A stretch of DNA of 64,000 nt from a virus. Numbering within the stretch: position 1 is the first letter of the stretch; each line of letters starts with the position of its first letter. Location of the stretch: positions 2,255-66,254 of IMG/VR virus record IMGVR_UViG_2903617902_000001. One strand, 5' to 3'. Below are positions 9,158 through 20,100 of the stretch, in pieces. The notes below the pieces were generated by a model that did not search any database, was not told the origin of the DNA, and worked only from the letters and a program-made list of their open reading frames with translations. A program made the position numbers and the translations under genes.

Positions 9158-9601
9158 TTAAAGATTAGCGTACTCTGTCTTTGCATCGAAGCACGGACAA
9201 GCTTTCATCCACTCGTTAGGCGTTATCTTGCCGTCCTTATTCAAGTCTGGTGAGAAGTCCCTATGTCCTTGAATCACGGCTGTGGGGTACTTCTTATGTA
9301 GCATCTTCAGTAGGGAACGCAGACTTGCTTTCTGTGCGTCTGTGCGGTTATCAGCGGGTTTGCCATTGGTATCAATGCCACCAATATAAGCAACATTGAT
9401 TGAAACAGAATTAAAACCCTTAACGCCATTGCTTACTTTCTCCTCATCAAGCAACTGTGTAATCTTTCCGTCTGGCGATACCACGTAATGATAACCAGGA
9501 TTAACCCAGCCTTTACGCTTGAACTCCTGCTTTAAGCCCTCAATCGTCATGGATTGATGGCTCGCGGTGCAGTGAACCGCAATGTATTTTATATTTCTCA
9601 T
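9158..9601 (-). CDS. Endolysin, N-acetylmuramoyl-L-alanine amidase (T7-lysozyme type)
   Basis: IAVHCTA, GYHYVV, GHRDF, KACPCFD motifs. Confidence 0.93.
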   Translation of the reverse strand: MRNIKYIAVHCTASHQSMTIEGLKQEFKRKGWVNPGYHYVVSPDGKITQLLDEEKVSNGVKGFNSVSINVAYIGGIDTNGKPADNRTDAQKASLRSLLKMLHKKYPTAVIQGHRDFSPDLNKDGKITPNEWMKACPCFDAKTEYANL

Positions 9602-9607
9602 CTTACA

Positions 9608-10099
9608 TTAATCGAATTTGGGTTTATTGTCGTTAATATCGACGTGAGATGTTTTAAGATACTCACTAAGGAACGGTACTTTGTCTATCGCTTTCAGTGT
9701 CAGAACGTAATAAACAAAACCTGCCACTTTCCACATTGTAGTATCCTCAATGAGCATCATTCTCCAATTTCGGACGATATTCGTAGAGTAAAACCAAATC
9801 GCCACACCGCACAATGCCTTTACAACTCCGAGCGTCTCTTCTCCTGCATGAAGGAAATAGCCTGTAATGAAAATAGAAGCTGACATTACGAAGAATAAAC
9901 AACAATGATAGAAGAACACCATTGATTTTTTAAAGTTCCACTCCTCACCATGTTTCAGTCCTGCAACTAATCCAAAGATATAGTTGATTCCGAAGACTAC
10001 AAGCATAGCATACATAAAGTCCCTTATGGGAAAGAATAAACTCAGCATTCCGCTGATGACACTACACATTACGTATTTAAATTGTTCTAAATAGTTCAT
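9608..10099 (-). CDS. Holin
   Basis: Several transmembrane segments, directly upstream of endolysin. Confidence 0.75.
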   Translation of the reverse strand: MNYLEQFKYVMCSVISGMLSLFFPIRDFMYAMLVVFGINYIFGLVAGLKHGEEWNFKKSMVFFYHCCLFFVMSASIFITGYFLHAGEETLGVVKALCGVAIWFYSTNIVRNWRMMLIEDTTMWKVAGFVYYVLTLKAIDKVPFLSEYLKTSHVDINDNKPKFD

Positions 10100-10117
10100 A
10101 CGAATACCCCTCCTTTC

Positions 10118-10390
10118 TTACAACAGATAGAGCCCTATACCCAATAGTGCTCCCGTCATCCCTGCCACGACATCGTGCCAATCGAACAGCTCCTTGCGGA
10201 AGTAATAGTCCATGCTCTCCTTGCCAAACATGAGAATGAAAGCGGGTACGAGCGATAATAACAAACTTGCATCAATGGCGTGCAGCCCACGGCATACTAC
10301 CATCGATACGATTAATCCTGCAAGCATGTGCAGATACTTGTCGCTGCCAATGCTGGCGAGCTTACTGAAAAACTTGTATATTGCGTCCAT
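10118..10390 (-). CDS. Small membrane protein
   Basis: DKYLH...KE..D...FDWHDVVAG; about three hydrophobic helices. Confidence 0.7.
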   Translation of the reverse strand: MDAIYKFFSKLASIGSDKYLHMLAGLIVSMVVCRGLHAIDASLLLSLVPAFILMFGKESMDYYFRKELFDWHDVVAGMTGALLGIGLYLL

Positions 10391-10465
10391 AATTAAAATT
10401 ATTTATGCCCCTTTCAACACCGCCCTTGGGGCTTTTGTTTTGTGAGTGGTGCGATATGTTGTTTT

Positions 10466-10524
10466 GAGCACTACTGGTCAACGTTGTGAGCACCGCTGGT
10501 CAACGTTGCGAGCACTACTGCTCA
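10466..10524. repeat. 22-bp tandem repeat, about 2.7 copies, intergenic
   Basis: GAGCACTACTGGTCAACGTTGT / GAGCACCGCTGGTCAACGTTGC / GAGCACTACTGCTCA. Confidence 0.85.
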
Positions 10525-10542
10525 TTTTCTTAGCTAGTGGAA

Positions 10543-13500
10543 TCAACTGCCCTCGTGCATTCTCGTTATTTCTCCCGTTCCTTTATCTATCACTTTGTTG
10601 CGCCACAAGACCCTGTACTCGAACTCGGGAGTTAAGGGAATGGGTGTGCCAACCTTGTACTGCTTATCCCACGTGGCAACATATAATATCTCGCCCGTTT
10701 CGTCCACATTCAGCGTCTTGCCCTGCCCTGCGGATTCGACCACGCCAACGGGTACAACCAAATCCTTAATACCTAAGATAGGCACATCCACCTCAATACG
10801 GATATTATTTCCAAAGGTGCTGCGCTCAAATCCCGTGTTGCGCACAAAGAGCGTGAGGCTGATTAGCACCGAAACATACACACCGTCTGATGCGTCCTTG
10901 ACCGTCATGGTGAAAGCCTTGCGCCGTGCGTAGGCAGTAATATCCGTTGGCAAAACAATGCCGTTGCGGTTCAAGAGTAACATCGTGTTGCCCTGCTTAT
11001 CCTTGATGATAAGATTAGCACGCCCATCGATGATACCATATTCTATTCTGTCCTCCGTGCCTTGCGCAATGATGTGCCGTGCGTCAATCGTGCCATCAGC
11101 ATTGAATACGGCTGATTCCGTTCCATCAGCGGCTTGTACACGGGTCTTGTTCGCAACCAAAGTAAGCGTACTATTCTCGCCGTCTAAGTGCATTCCCACC
11201 GATTCAAGCCCCGTGCGGAGGTCACGAATGGCAGCGTCAATCGTCTTATCGCCCACTTTCAACTGTGCCTCAAATTTCTTCGTGGTGTACGCCTGTGCCG
11301 ACTGCCAATCGGCTATGTCGAACGCATCGCCTTTCTTCTTAGGCTTAACGCACACAAGGAGGTCGTTCTGATACTCCGTGCCGTAAGTGGCATTCGCCCA
11401 CTGGTCGCCCTCATCGTATGGTGGCGTGGGCTGCGCCTTGACGAACACCCTGCGCTTGCCGTCCGCCGTGTCCTGTGCTCGTTTAGCTGCTTCGAGCGAC
11501 TTCAACACGTCAGCGTCGGTAATCTCATGCCAAGAGTAGGTGTTGTCTGGATTCTTCTCAAACGAATACGCCCTGCCGCCACCCGTCTCTGCATAGCTTC
11601 GATTATAGTAGATGTCATGCAGGTGCATCTCCTTTGTAGCTTCGTCCGCCCACTCGTTAGCAGGTTCAGTGGTGAGTGTTGGTACCACGTCACCAAACCA
11701 AATAACAAGTTGCTTGTCTGACTGCTGTTGCACAGCATTGATACGTCCCTGCATAGATTCCAAGAAGTCTTGCAGACGTATATACTTACCACGATTAGCA
11801 GGGTTCTCGACCCTTATCTCGAAGTTCTGCTTATCAAAAAGGAAGATAGGGTCAGGAAGGGTAAAAGAATTGATGCCCTTTATAATCTTAAAGTAAGGCG
11901 CACCTTCGCCAGCTGCCGACTGAATAATAGCACTCTGTCTATCCTCAACCGTGAGGTTACCTAACTGCACAACATCGTCGCCCACCTGCGGCTCATCGCT
12001 CCCACTGGCGTAATCATCCGCCTGTGTGTTATCCGCCACATCCACGTAATCCGTGCCCACGCTCGTAACCCTGCGGTGCCAGTAATGATTCGCTGCCTGC
12101 CCGTTATTGTCAACGAGGTTGAACGTCTCGCACAACGCTAAATCGTCCACACGCATAGAGTTATACACCCTGCGTCCTTCGGCATCCTGCTGGCGGAAGT
12201 AACAACGCCACGCACCATTTATCTTCTCTATTCGTGAGATGACAAAGCCACCAGCAGAGTTTACCACCTTGCCCTTGATGTGAGAGGTCTTCATTATCTC
12301 CACCTCCTCTGCGGTCAGCTTCTTTCTCACGTGAAAGACATCGCCCTCCACGTGCCACTGCCCCTGCTCATCCTGATAGATACTCGCCCCACTATTATCC
12401 TTGACAAAGTTCCCCATCACGAGCTGCTCCAGTCGTGCCACACCCTCCTTGTCAATGCCATAGCTGCCACCAATAGCAATGCCCTTGAGGAACGTTATCA
12501 GATCTTGTGCGGTGTCAGGGGAATCCTTGCGGAGGAAACGTGGGTCAACATAGTTCTTGATTATCTCGGCGGTCTGACTAGCGTTGATACCACCACCGCT
12601 GAAATTACCCGAAAGGATATTATTCACATCCTCCTTGAGTTGAGAGATAGTACCCTTGACGGCTTGATTGCCAACGACAATATCCTGTATGATTGGATAG
12701 TCCAGCTTCGTAACCAGCTTGATAACACGTGTATTTAACTTATAGCCCTGCCCATCGTCAAAGACTACCTTCTGACCTATGTAAAGGTTAGGGTTACGCT
12801 CCGCAAAGACAACCGCATTAGACGCAAAGGAATAATTGTTATTGTCTTGCGTCCGTCTGTTTATCTCCTTGATGGTGCGTGCTGCTAATTCCGCTTGAGC
12901 GAGCTTTGTTTCGTGTTCGCCCATAACGATGTTAAACAGCACGACCATATTACAAGTGAAGTCTGGGAGGTTCTTGCCACGTGGGTAAAGACCTTCGCTT
13001 TCGTTGGTAGGAATGATGGTGTCGCCACTCTGATACTTGATTATCTCATAGTCGCCCTTGATGATAGATACACCACTATCACCATTTGAGATGCTCTCTG
13101 AGATATTCTGATTCGTCTCGTGGTAATGGAGTTCAAAGCCCTCTTGCCCGTTTGGCTGCCCTACAAGCCCTTGTGTCAGTGCGTCGTATTGCCCATCTGT
13201 GGCATGGGTGTTAACCTTGAATATTCCTTTGAGCGTGTAACCCTGTAATACCTGCTTTGTTCGGTCTATTTCATAATCATACCAATAGTGCGTGATGATT
13301 TCTCCACTTTCGTTCTTATCGTGAGTTATATTGATAGCATTCTTGCCTGCTATCTGTGTTGTAGATGGGAAAGCAAGGCGCATATACCAAATAGTATAGG
13401 TCTTTTTGTTTCCCCTGCTGTCAAGCTCTATTTCCTTTGTCTGGCTATTCTTGAGATAACACACGTGCTTACGGACATTGTAAACATACAAGTCGATATG

Positions 13501-14388
13501 AGGATAAACATCATCAAAGGAGAGAGCCAATGTCTGCTTGATAGCATTTGAAGCGTCAAAAGCTGCCTTTGTTGTAATATTCCCATCCGTGTCTACATAG
13601 ATACATCCGTCTGGATAGGTCTCCTTGTCAAGTCCTAACCTTAGGAGGGTAGCTACGTTGCCAGTGCCAACAAGTGCCTTTGTAGACATATTCTTTGTTG
13701 AGCCTTGTGGATAGAAGCAGTTATAGTAATTCTCCTTGCTATCGCTTATGTTAGGCACTTGTACGTTATCATGCGCCTTTAACGTTGGTACTTCTTCGCC
13801 GAGATTAATACTTATCTGACCGAAGTACAATGATTTGTGCTCCCATGATAAATGCCACTCGCATGAGTTGTTTTTACACCCCTGAGCAATAGCAGACAAT
13901 ACAGAAAGTATATCATTCGATGATACCGAGAATGAAACAGACGCATCCACGTTACCGCAAAGGGTGTAAGTGAATTGCTGCGCTTTCTCTGTTATTCCTA
14001 ATGCTTCGTTGATAGCCTTACAAGCGTATTCAAGTGCATTTGTCGTTAACCCCTCAAATGACCATTCTTGCTGCTTGATAGGGTTTTTATCCGCATCTGT
14101 AGTATCGTAGAGAAACGGCACACGTGAAAGCCACATTAAAGGGTGCTGAAATTCGGGGGTGTACTTGAAAGCCGTACTATCTTCATTCGGTGTGTATGAG
14201 TTGAGTAGCCTATACTTCAACCCATCATCAAAAGGTATGATATACGCACCAGCAGGCAAAGTAACCTTTAATTCGCTTTGCCATGACAAACGTACTAAGT
14301 TAGACTTCCCCAACTCTTCCTCATGTTCTGCCCCACTTGTAAGCGTTGCATCTATTATCTTATTGCCGTTGATGTCGTATATTACCAT
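10543..14388 (-). CDS. Tail hub / minor structural tail protein (start placed at MVIYDING)
   Basis: Typical tail-tip N-terminus, FDDVYP motif; TAACTTTG promoter box just upstream of the ATG at 14388. Confidence 0.8.
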   Translation of the reverse strand: MVIYDINGNKIIDATLTSGAEHEEELGKSNLVRLSWQSELKVTLPAGAYIIPFDDGLKYRLLNSYTPNEDSTAFKYTPEFQHPLMWLSRVPFLYDTTDADKNPIKQQEWSFEGLTTNALEYACKAINEALGITEKAQQFTYTLCGNVDASVSFSVSSNDILSVLSAIAQGCKNNSCEWHLSWEHKSLYFGQISINLGEEVPTLKAHDNVQVPNISDSKENYYNCFYPQGSTKNMSTKALVGTGNVATLLRLGLDKETYPDGCIYVDTDGNITTKAAFDASNAIKQTLALSFDDVYPHIDLYVYNVRKHVCYLKNSQTKEIELDSRGNKKTYTIWYMRLAFPSTTQIAGKNAINITHDKNESGEIITHYWYDYEIDRTKQVLQGYTLKGIFKVNTHATDGQYDALTQGLVGQPNGQEGFELHYHETNQNISESISNGDSGVSIIKGDYEIIKYQSGDTIIPTNESEGLYPRGKNLPDFTCNMVVLFNIVMGEHETKLAQAELAARTIKEINRRTQDNNNYSFASNAVVFAERNPNLYIGQKVVFDDGQGYKLNTRVIKLVTKLDYPIIQDIVVGNQAVKGTISQLKEDVNNILSGNFSGGGINASQTAEIIKNYVDPRFLRKDSPDTAQDLITFLKGIAIGGSYGIDKEGVARLEQLVMGNFVKDNSGASIYQDEQGQWHVEGDVFHVRKKLTAEEVEIMKTSHIKGKVVNSAGGFVISRIEKINGAWRCYFRQQDAEGRRVYNSMRVDDLALCETFNLVDNNGQAANHYWHRRVTSVGTDYVDVADNTQADDYASGSDEPQVGDDVVQLGNLTVEDRQSAIIQSAAGEGAPYFKIIKGINSFTLPDPIFLFDKQNFEIRVENPANRGKYIRLQDFLESMQGRINAVQQQSDKQLVIWFGDVVPTLTTEPANEWADEATKEMHLHDIYYNRSYAETGGGRAYSFEKNPDNTYSWHEITDADVLKSLEAAKRAQDTADGKRRVFVKAQPTPPYDEGDQWANATYGTEYQNDLLVCVKPKKKGDAFDIADWQSAQAYTTKKFEAQLKVGDKTIDAAIRDLRTGLESVGMHLDGENSTLTLVANKTRVQAADGTESAVFNADGTIDARHIIAQGTEDRIEYGIIDGRANLIIKDKQGNTMLLLNRNGIVLPTDITAYARRKAFTMTVKDASDGVYVSVLISLTLFVRNTGFERSTFGNNIRIEVDVPILGIKDLVVPVGVVESAGQGKTLNVDETGEILYVATWDKQYKVGTPIPLTPEFEYRVLWRNKVIDKGTGEITRMHEGS

Positions 14389-14505
14389 ACGCACAAAGTT
14401 AGCGAGCATATAATAAAATGGTAGAGTAGGGGACAATAGAAAAGCCACAATGTCTTAGTTGTGGCTTATTGTAGGTTTTGTGTGGGGGTGATAGCCCCAC
14501 ATTGC

Positions 14506-14952
14506 CTATTTTAATTTATTTTCTAAGTCTGATATTCTTTTATAGAACCCAGTTGTATGAGGTGACGCACCGAGTTTTAACACCTCAAAATCATAATGAT
14601 GTAAATACTCGTGCAGCAATGTGGCTGCCATCTGCTTAATTGAAACTACTTGTTTCTTTATAGCAGTGATATTATACAATGTTATTACTTGCAATGCAGG
14701 CGTATAAGTGCCTAAAGTCTTACGCCTCAACGTACCACGATAACCAGTGCTATGTGGTTGAGCACGATTTACTACTCTTACAACTGGTGCAGGCACTTTG
14801 AATCGTGCAGAAAGATAATCACAAAGCATTTGTGCTTTCTTCTGACGGTCTGATATGCTTTCAGTAGCTGACAATACCGCCTTATATTCTTTCTTTGAGA
14901 GGCGGCTTAATTTTACCGCCTCAATCTTATTTGATTTCTCGTATGCGTTCAT
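14506..14952 (-). CDS. SprT-like zinc metalloprotease
   Basis: TLLHEYLHH and HTTGF motifs. Confidence 0.7.
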   Translation of the reverse strand: MNAYEKSNKIEAVKLSRLSKKEYKAVLSATESISDRQKKAQMLCDYLSARFKVPAPVVRVVNRAQPHSTGYRGTLRRKTLGTYTPALQVITLYNITAIKKQVVSIKQMAATLLHEYLHHYDFEVLKLGASPHTTGFYKRISDLENKLK

Positions 14953-14955
14953 AAC

Positions 14956-15282
14956 TTATGCTATTTTTACAAGATTTGCTTTCTTAAAACAACGCCATTC
15001 GTCTTTTTCTGTATCGAAGTACACTTGACAAGTGTCTGCTGTTTTCTTTGTACCCTTTGTTGCTGGTATTCTTTCACTCATAAGAGTGCCATATGCTTCA
15101 CGTATGCTGCCATCTACCTTCTGAAAGTAGAACTTAACTACTCGCTTGCTAAGGGCTGCTTTTAGCTTGATATTAACCCAAGCGCACTTTAACGCTTCAG
15201 ATAGTGTATAACCATTTTTGCGAACGAATTGCCATGCAAGCATCATTACTTCTCTCATCGTGTTTTTGAATGTTGTTGCCAT
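14956..15282 (-). CDS. SH3-like beta-barrel protein (DUF2693-like)
   Basis: FYFQKVDGSIREAYGTL...YFDTEKDEWRCFK; start placed at MATTF from the leader shared with the neighbouring gene. Confidence 0.8.
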   Translation of the reverse strand: MATTFKNTMREVMMLAWQFVRKNGYTLSEALKCAWVNIKLKAALSKRVVKFYFQKVDGSIREAYGTLMSERIPATKGTKKTADTCQVYFDTEKDEWRCFKKANLVKIA

Positions 15283-15305
15283 AATCGTAATATTTAAGTT
15301 GTTTA

Positions 15306-15617
15306 TCAATCTAATTCAACGTCTTGTATGTAAGGTATCTCACCAACTTCTTTCTCTGCACTGCCTGTAAGAGCTACATACATTTGAAAGTCATCTACCT
15401 CTACAATGTACCAACCATCGTTATATCTCACCTCGCCATCTTCATAGATGGTCTGTATAAGCGTGCGACCGTCAGGCATTACTGAACTCGCCAACTCGTG
15501 AGGGTTGCGTATCGTACCATTGTCGTAGTCGCATATCTGGCTCATTGCTTTCAATGCTCTGTTTGCCAACTTTTTGTTGGTATCGAACTTATCTGTGTAA
15601 ATGTAGGTTGCATTCAT
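15306..15617 (-). CDS. Hypothetical protein
   Basis: 103-aa ORF with TACCTTTG promoter box near 15662-15669. Confidence 0.7.
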   Translation of the reverse strand: MNATYIYTDKFDTNKKLANRALKAMSQICDYDNGTIRNPHELASSVMPDGRTLIQTIYEDGEVRYNDGWYIVEVDDFQMYVALTGSAEKEVGEIPYIQDVELD

Positions 15618-15869
15618 AATCGTAATATTTAATAGTTTATATTTGTTTCTTAATCACAACGCAAAGGTAATGACTATAATCATACAAAACAAATGTTTTG
15701 CGCAAAAAGTGTATGATTTTAATAAACGTTAGCAAATAAGGGGTACTTATGTTTATAATATTACATAAATTAACAAAAGGTTGATTTTAGTCAAACAAAA
15801 CACCTAAATATTTGCATTATTCATTTCTTCTTTATACTTTTGCAGTGTAGTTTATAATCAACATGTAAT

Positions 15870-16136
15870 ATGGATATAAAAAAGGTAATAAAAGAGCGCG
15901 GCTACACAATAGAAGATGTAGCAAAGAAAATGGGAATTTCAAGGGTTACACTTAGCCAAAATATGAGCCGTAACCCAACAGTTGGCACATTGGAGCGCAT
16001 TGCAAATGCTATTAATTGTAATGTAAGTGAGTTCTTTGCAGACGAAAAGGACGCATCAAATACTATTATTTGCCCCCATTGTGGAGAAAAAATCGTATTA
16101 GAAGCAAAAAAAGTTTCTAATAATGCTGAAAAATAG
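15870..16136 (+). CDS. XRE-family HTH regulator with C-terminal CPHC motif
   Basis: HTH pattern TIEDVAKKMGISRVTLS...NPTVGTLERIANA. Confidence 0.88.
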   Translation: MDIKKVIKERGYTIEDVAKKMGISRVTLSQNMSRNPTVGTLERIANAINCNVSEFFADEKDASNTIICPHCGEKIVLEAKKVSNNAEK

Positions 16137-16183
16137 TTTTTGTTTGTTACTTTTGCGGAGTAATAACTAAACACTATATTAAG

Positions 16184-16735
16184 ATGAGAAGGTACATTAT
16201 TGCACTTATTATTATACTTGTATCTACACCAGCTTTATGTCAAGAATATACTTACTTTATGGGTATAAGCATGAATAATAATCGTGTTCCTTTTGTGAAA
16301 ACTTTAACGAAATTAGGATATTTTCTTGATGGTCTTGATATTTCTGAACCTAACATAACAACAGTTATGTATAGGGGTAAATATTTAGGGCTAAATAGTA
16401 GTGTTTTCATAAGGGATAATACTGCTAAAAATAAGGTTGAGTATATATCAGTATCAATAGATGTCAAAGTAAACGATACAATTTCATCAAGACGGCACTA
16501 TATTAAAGCATATGAATTTCTATCAAACAAGTATGATTGGATAGATATGCGCTTTACTAAAGATATCGGAGAACCTTTCTTTGCGTACCCTTTAAAGTGC
16601 TTATTTGATGATAGGATAATGTTGGCGTACATCAAAGATATAAATGAGTTTAATGGGAATGTGAAATACTACCCGACCATTACATTTTATCCTTTACCTC
16701 TTGGGTTAGCAAGGAGCAAAGAAGAATGTAAATAA
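16184..16735 (+). CDS. Exported moron protein
   Basis: Signal peptide, own TACTTTTG box near 16148, opposite strand to tail genes. Confidence 0.7.
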   Translation: MRRYIIALIIILVSTPALCQEYTYFMGISMNNNRVPFVKTLTKLGYFLDGLDISEPNITTVMYRGKYLGLNSSVFIRDNTAKNKVEYISVSIDVKVNDTISSRRHYIKAYEFLSNKYDWIDMRFTKDIGEPFFAYPLKCLFDDRIMLAYIKDINEFNGNVKYYPTITFYPLPLGLARSKEECK

Positions 16736-16762
16736 AGGGTAGCCGCTAAGCTACCCTCTTTT
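16736..16762. terminator. Terminator between convergent genes
   Basis: AGGGTAGC-cgctaa-GCTACCCT plus T-run. Confidence 0.75.
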
Positions 16763-17178
16763 TATATCCTATTGGTCGGATTCGGCTCTATGAAAGCAAG
16801 TCCGAACTTTGCAAAGGTTCGTTCTGTATTCCGTGCAAAGGTGCAACTCTTACCAGTGTATTTAAGATGATACACATCGGGACTATCATCGGGAATTTGT
16901 ATCGTAATATCTCCCATCCTCATAATTTCGGCAAAGGATTTGTTCTTTGCGTTGAAATCTGCCGCATCACTGCCCTCCATCGTGAAGTTTAGGACAATAC
17001 TGCGTTCGTTTACTTTAGGAGTAATATTAGCGTATTGCATGCCATCACGCAATCTATCATTGTTGGTTATATAATCCTTTAGAGGATAATAACTATTGAG
17101 AGTATCAAGAAACCCATCTCCCATGCGTATACCCCATTCAGTGAGTGCGTTTCTCCCATTTATTAACAAGTCTACCAT
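16762..17178 (-). CDS. Distal tail protein-like
   Basis: Follows tape measure; LINGRNALTEWGI...FIEPNPTNR. Confidence 0.7.
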   Translation of the reverse strand: MVDLLINGRNALTEWGIRMGDGFLDTLNSYYPLKDYITNNDRLRDGMQYANITPKVNERSIVLNFTMEGSDAADFNAKNKSFAEIMRMGDITIQIPDDSPDVYHLKYTGKSCTFARNTERTFAKFGLAFIEPNPTNRI

Positions 17179-17180
17179 AA

Positions 17181-20100
17181 TTACATATCTTTAATATTCC
17201 GTTTAATATCTAATACATTACTACTCATCTCTTTTAAGGTTTTATTCATAGATGTTGTATCTTCGTGAATGCCCTGCAATTCCAAGTATGAATTAGCCTG
17301 TATCGTTCTTAATTCATCAGCGATATTTCTTTGTTCCCCGATTAGTGATTGTAAACCTCGCACAGATACATCTATTGTACTTAATTTGGCGGTAATCAAG
17401 TCCTTAATCTGGTCACGTGAGATATTCCCTGCCGTTGTGAGTGCAATGATGTTGCTTGCTTGCTCAAAGGTGATTGATGTCACTCCATTAGCAGTTGCTT
17501 TTTGAGATTCGTTGCTATCAACAAGTAACCCCATAGCTTTTAGCGATTCACGACGTTGCAAAAGAATATCTGATAAGCTACTATTCTCCTTTCTGATAGC
17601 GTCTACTTCATTCTCTGTAAAGTTATCATCTTCGGCAGCGTCAGCTATCATTTTATGAATTTTCTTAATCCTTTCTTGAATATCAGAACTATTGACGAGA
17701 GAGTTAAGAATAGCCTTACCAATGACATTGTTAATGTTATTAGCAAAGGTTTCTGTGTCACTCTCCATATCTTCAAGTGCAGACAAGTAACTATCTTTAA
17801 AGCCATCCCAAGAATATCCTGTTAGTTTCTCGTTGAGTTTATCTGCTAATTCTTCAGCTTTGCCAGCACGCTCAATATACTCATCTACCAACTCCTTTGG
17901 ATTCTTATGTCCCTTGTTATTAAATAATTCTCTCCATGCAGTATTATTGTTCGCTTGAAGTTGCTTTAATAACTCGGGAGAAAGATTCCATAAATCCTCG
18001 GCTCTGCTTACTCGCTTATCTGACCCTAAAGATTGAAGAGTAGCATTAAAGCTAGTCCATATCTTTTTATTCTCATTTGCAAACGCATTAAAGGAACTTC
18101 TACCACCTAGCTTTAAGAATCCGTAACCTGTATTAGCGTATTCCTTTGCTCTATTATTGATAGCTTTCCTTTGATTGGATTCCCATTCTTCTTCTGCCTT
18201 TTTGGCTTTCTTATACGCATCGACAGATTGAGAGTTTGTATTATCTTTCTTCTCAATGTTATTTGAAAGCGTATCAATAGCCTTAGAAAGTCCCTCATTA
18301 GCTTTTGCAAGGCGTTCTATCTCTTTCTCCATGGCGGTTTCATTACCACTAAATAGAGTAATAGCAGCTCTCCCGATAGCTCCAGCCGATTCCATGCCAT
18401 GAGCAGCAGCCCCCACAAAGTTTCCACTTTGGAAGTCTTTAATAGCCTGCATACCCTCTTTGCCTGCTGTCACTATCTCTTTTGCGCCTTTCATAAGGTC
18501 ACTATCATCAGAAACGCCAAACTTCGATAATAGGTCGGGGATGTCATTAAGATTATTCAATACCAAACTGAAAGCAGACATAAACGCTTTCATGTTCTCA
18601 TTAAAGTCGTTTATGAACTTGTTTAACTTCCCTTGTGACTTTGAAACATCGTTGTCGGATTTCTTTTTTTGCTCGTTTGCATTAATAAGGTCACGCTCGC
18701 TCGCAGCAAGAGCATCCATTGCTTTTTGGACTTCCTTATATTGAGCACTATCTTTGCCGTATTTATCCTCTATCTGCTTGAGGATATTGTCGATGTTTGC
18801 AGTGGAAATATCTCCGTCTACTTTTACCCCTGCATTTTCAACAGACTGGCGAGCGTTCCGTTGCTTTTCCATATTTCTCAATGTAGCAACAGATAATCTA
18901 CCTGCTGCCGACGCCTGCCTCTCTAAGGCGTCAGCTACGTCCATCTCTAACTTTCTTCGTTCCTTGCCATGTTCTGTGGAGAAATTAAAGAACTTCTTCT
19001 GCTTATCTTGTGAATCGACTATTGCATTGTTTACTTTCTCTATCTGCTCGACAATAGCTTTGTAGTCTGTCACATTGAGGTTATCGGATGAAAGCATTTC
19101 CCGAAGCCTGCCTTTTACTACCTCTAGCTGTTTTATCGTTTGATTCCCAATATCTCCAAAGATTTCATCCCAGTTGAGATTGTCTTTTTCGTTTTTTAAA
19201 TCAAAGTCTGCTATTGCTTTTGCTTTTTGTGCATTAAGAGAGAGTCTATCTCCTTCTGTTTCGGCTTTCTCAATCTTAGCGTCATACTCCTTTGCTATTG
19301 CGAGACGCTTTTCTTGCATTGTGCCGTACTCTTTGAGATAGGAGATGATAGCTAAAGCACGTTTCTCATTAGTTGCTTTCTCCTCTTCCTGTATCTTTTT
19401 AACCTCTTCATCATACTTATGCCATGCTGCCTTTGTTTTAAAATCATAGTTCGTATGCTCTTCTGTTGTATATCTTTCGTCAGATGAAGCATAACTATAC
19501 GATGTACTCTCATAGAAGTTCTTTCCCTTGTTCTTTGGGTTTGCCTCCCATGCTTGTTTTGCTTGCTCTATACGACGTTGCTTAATGTCCTCAAAAGCTC
19601 TGTCAATAGCCTGCTGTTCTTTCTTATGATTGAGTTCTATTTGACGGAGCTTCTTCTGGTTGCCATCTTTGAGGATGTCAATCTCTGCCTGCTCGGTTTC
19701 GTTTGCTAAGTCCTCTGCTTTACGGGCATTCTCTATCTGTGTCTTTGTTTTTAACTCAAAGGCTCTCTCATTTGCTTCGTTCTGCTGCTCGACTGCTTTT
19801 TTTGCATCTTCTGCTGCTTTCTCCGCTTCTTTAGCAGCATCTTTTCTCTTGCGTTCTGCTTCTTTAGCAGCATCCGTCTCATAAGAGGCTGAATATGCTT
19901 TTTCCTTGACCTGTAAGTCTCTTATCTTCTTTCTTAGTTCTTTTCCTTTTCTACCTATTGCGTCTTTGTATGAAAGAGAATTAAGTTGAGCCTGTAAATT
20001 CTTTTTCTGATCTGCAATAGGATTTGTCTTACCCTCATTATTACTACCCTTCGCAGCATCAGCTTTTTTCTGTTTAGCCTCCGCTGCCGAGGCGTAGTCT

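Noticed and set aside
10466..10524. Possible mini CRISPR array
   Set aside because: Repeats are contiguous with no spacers, and no cas genes are nearby
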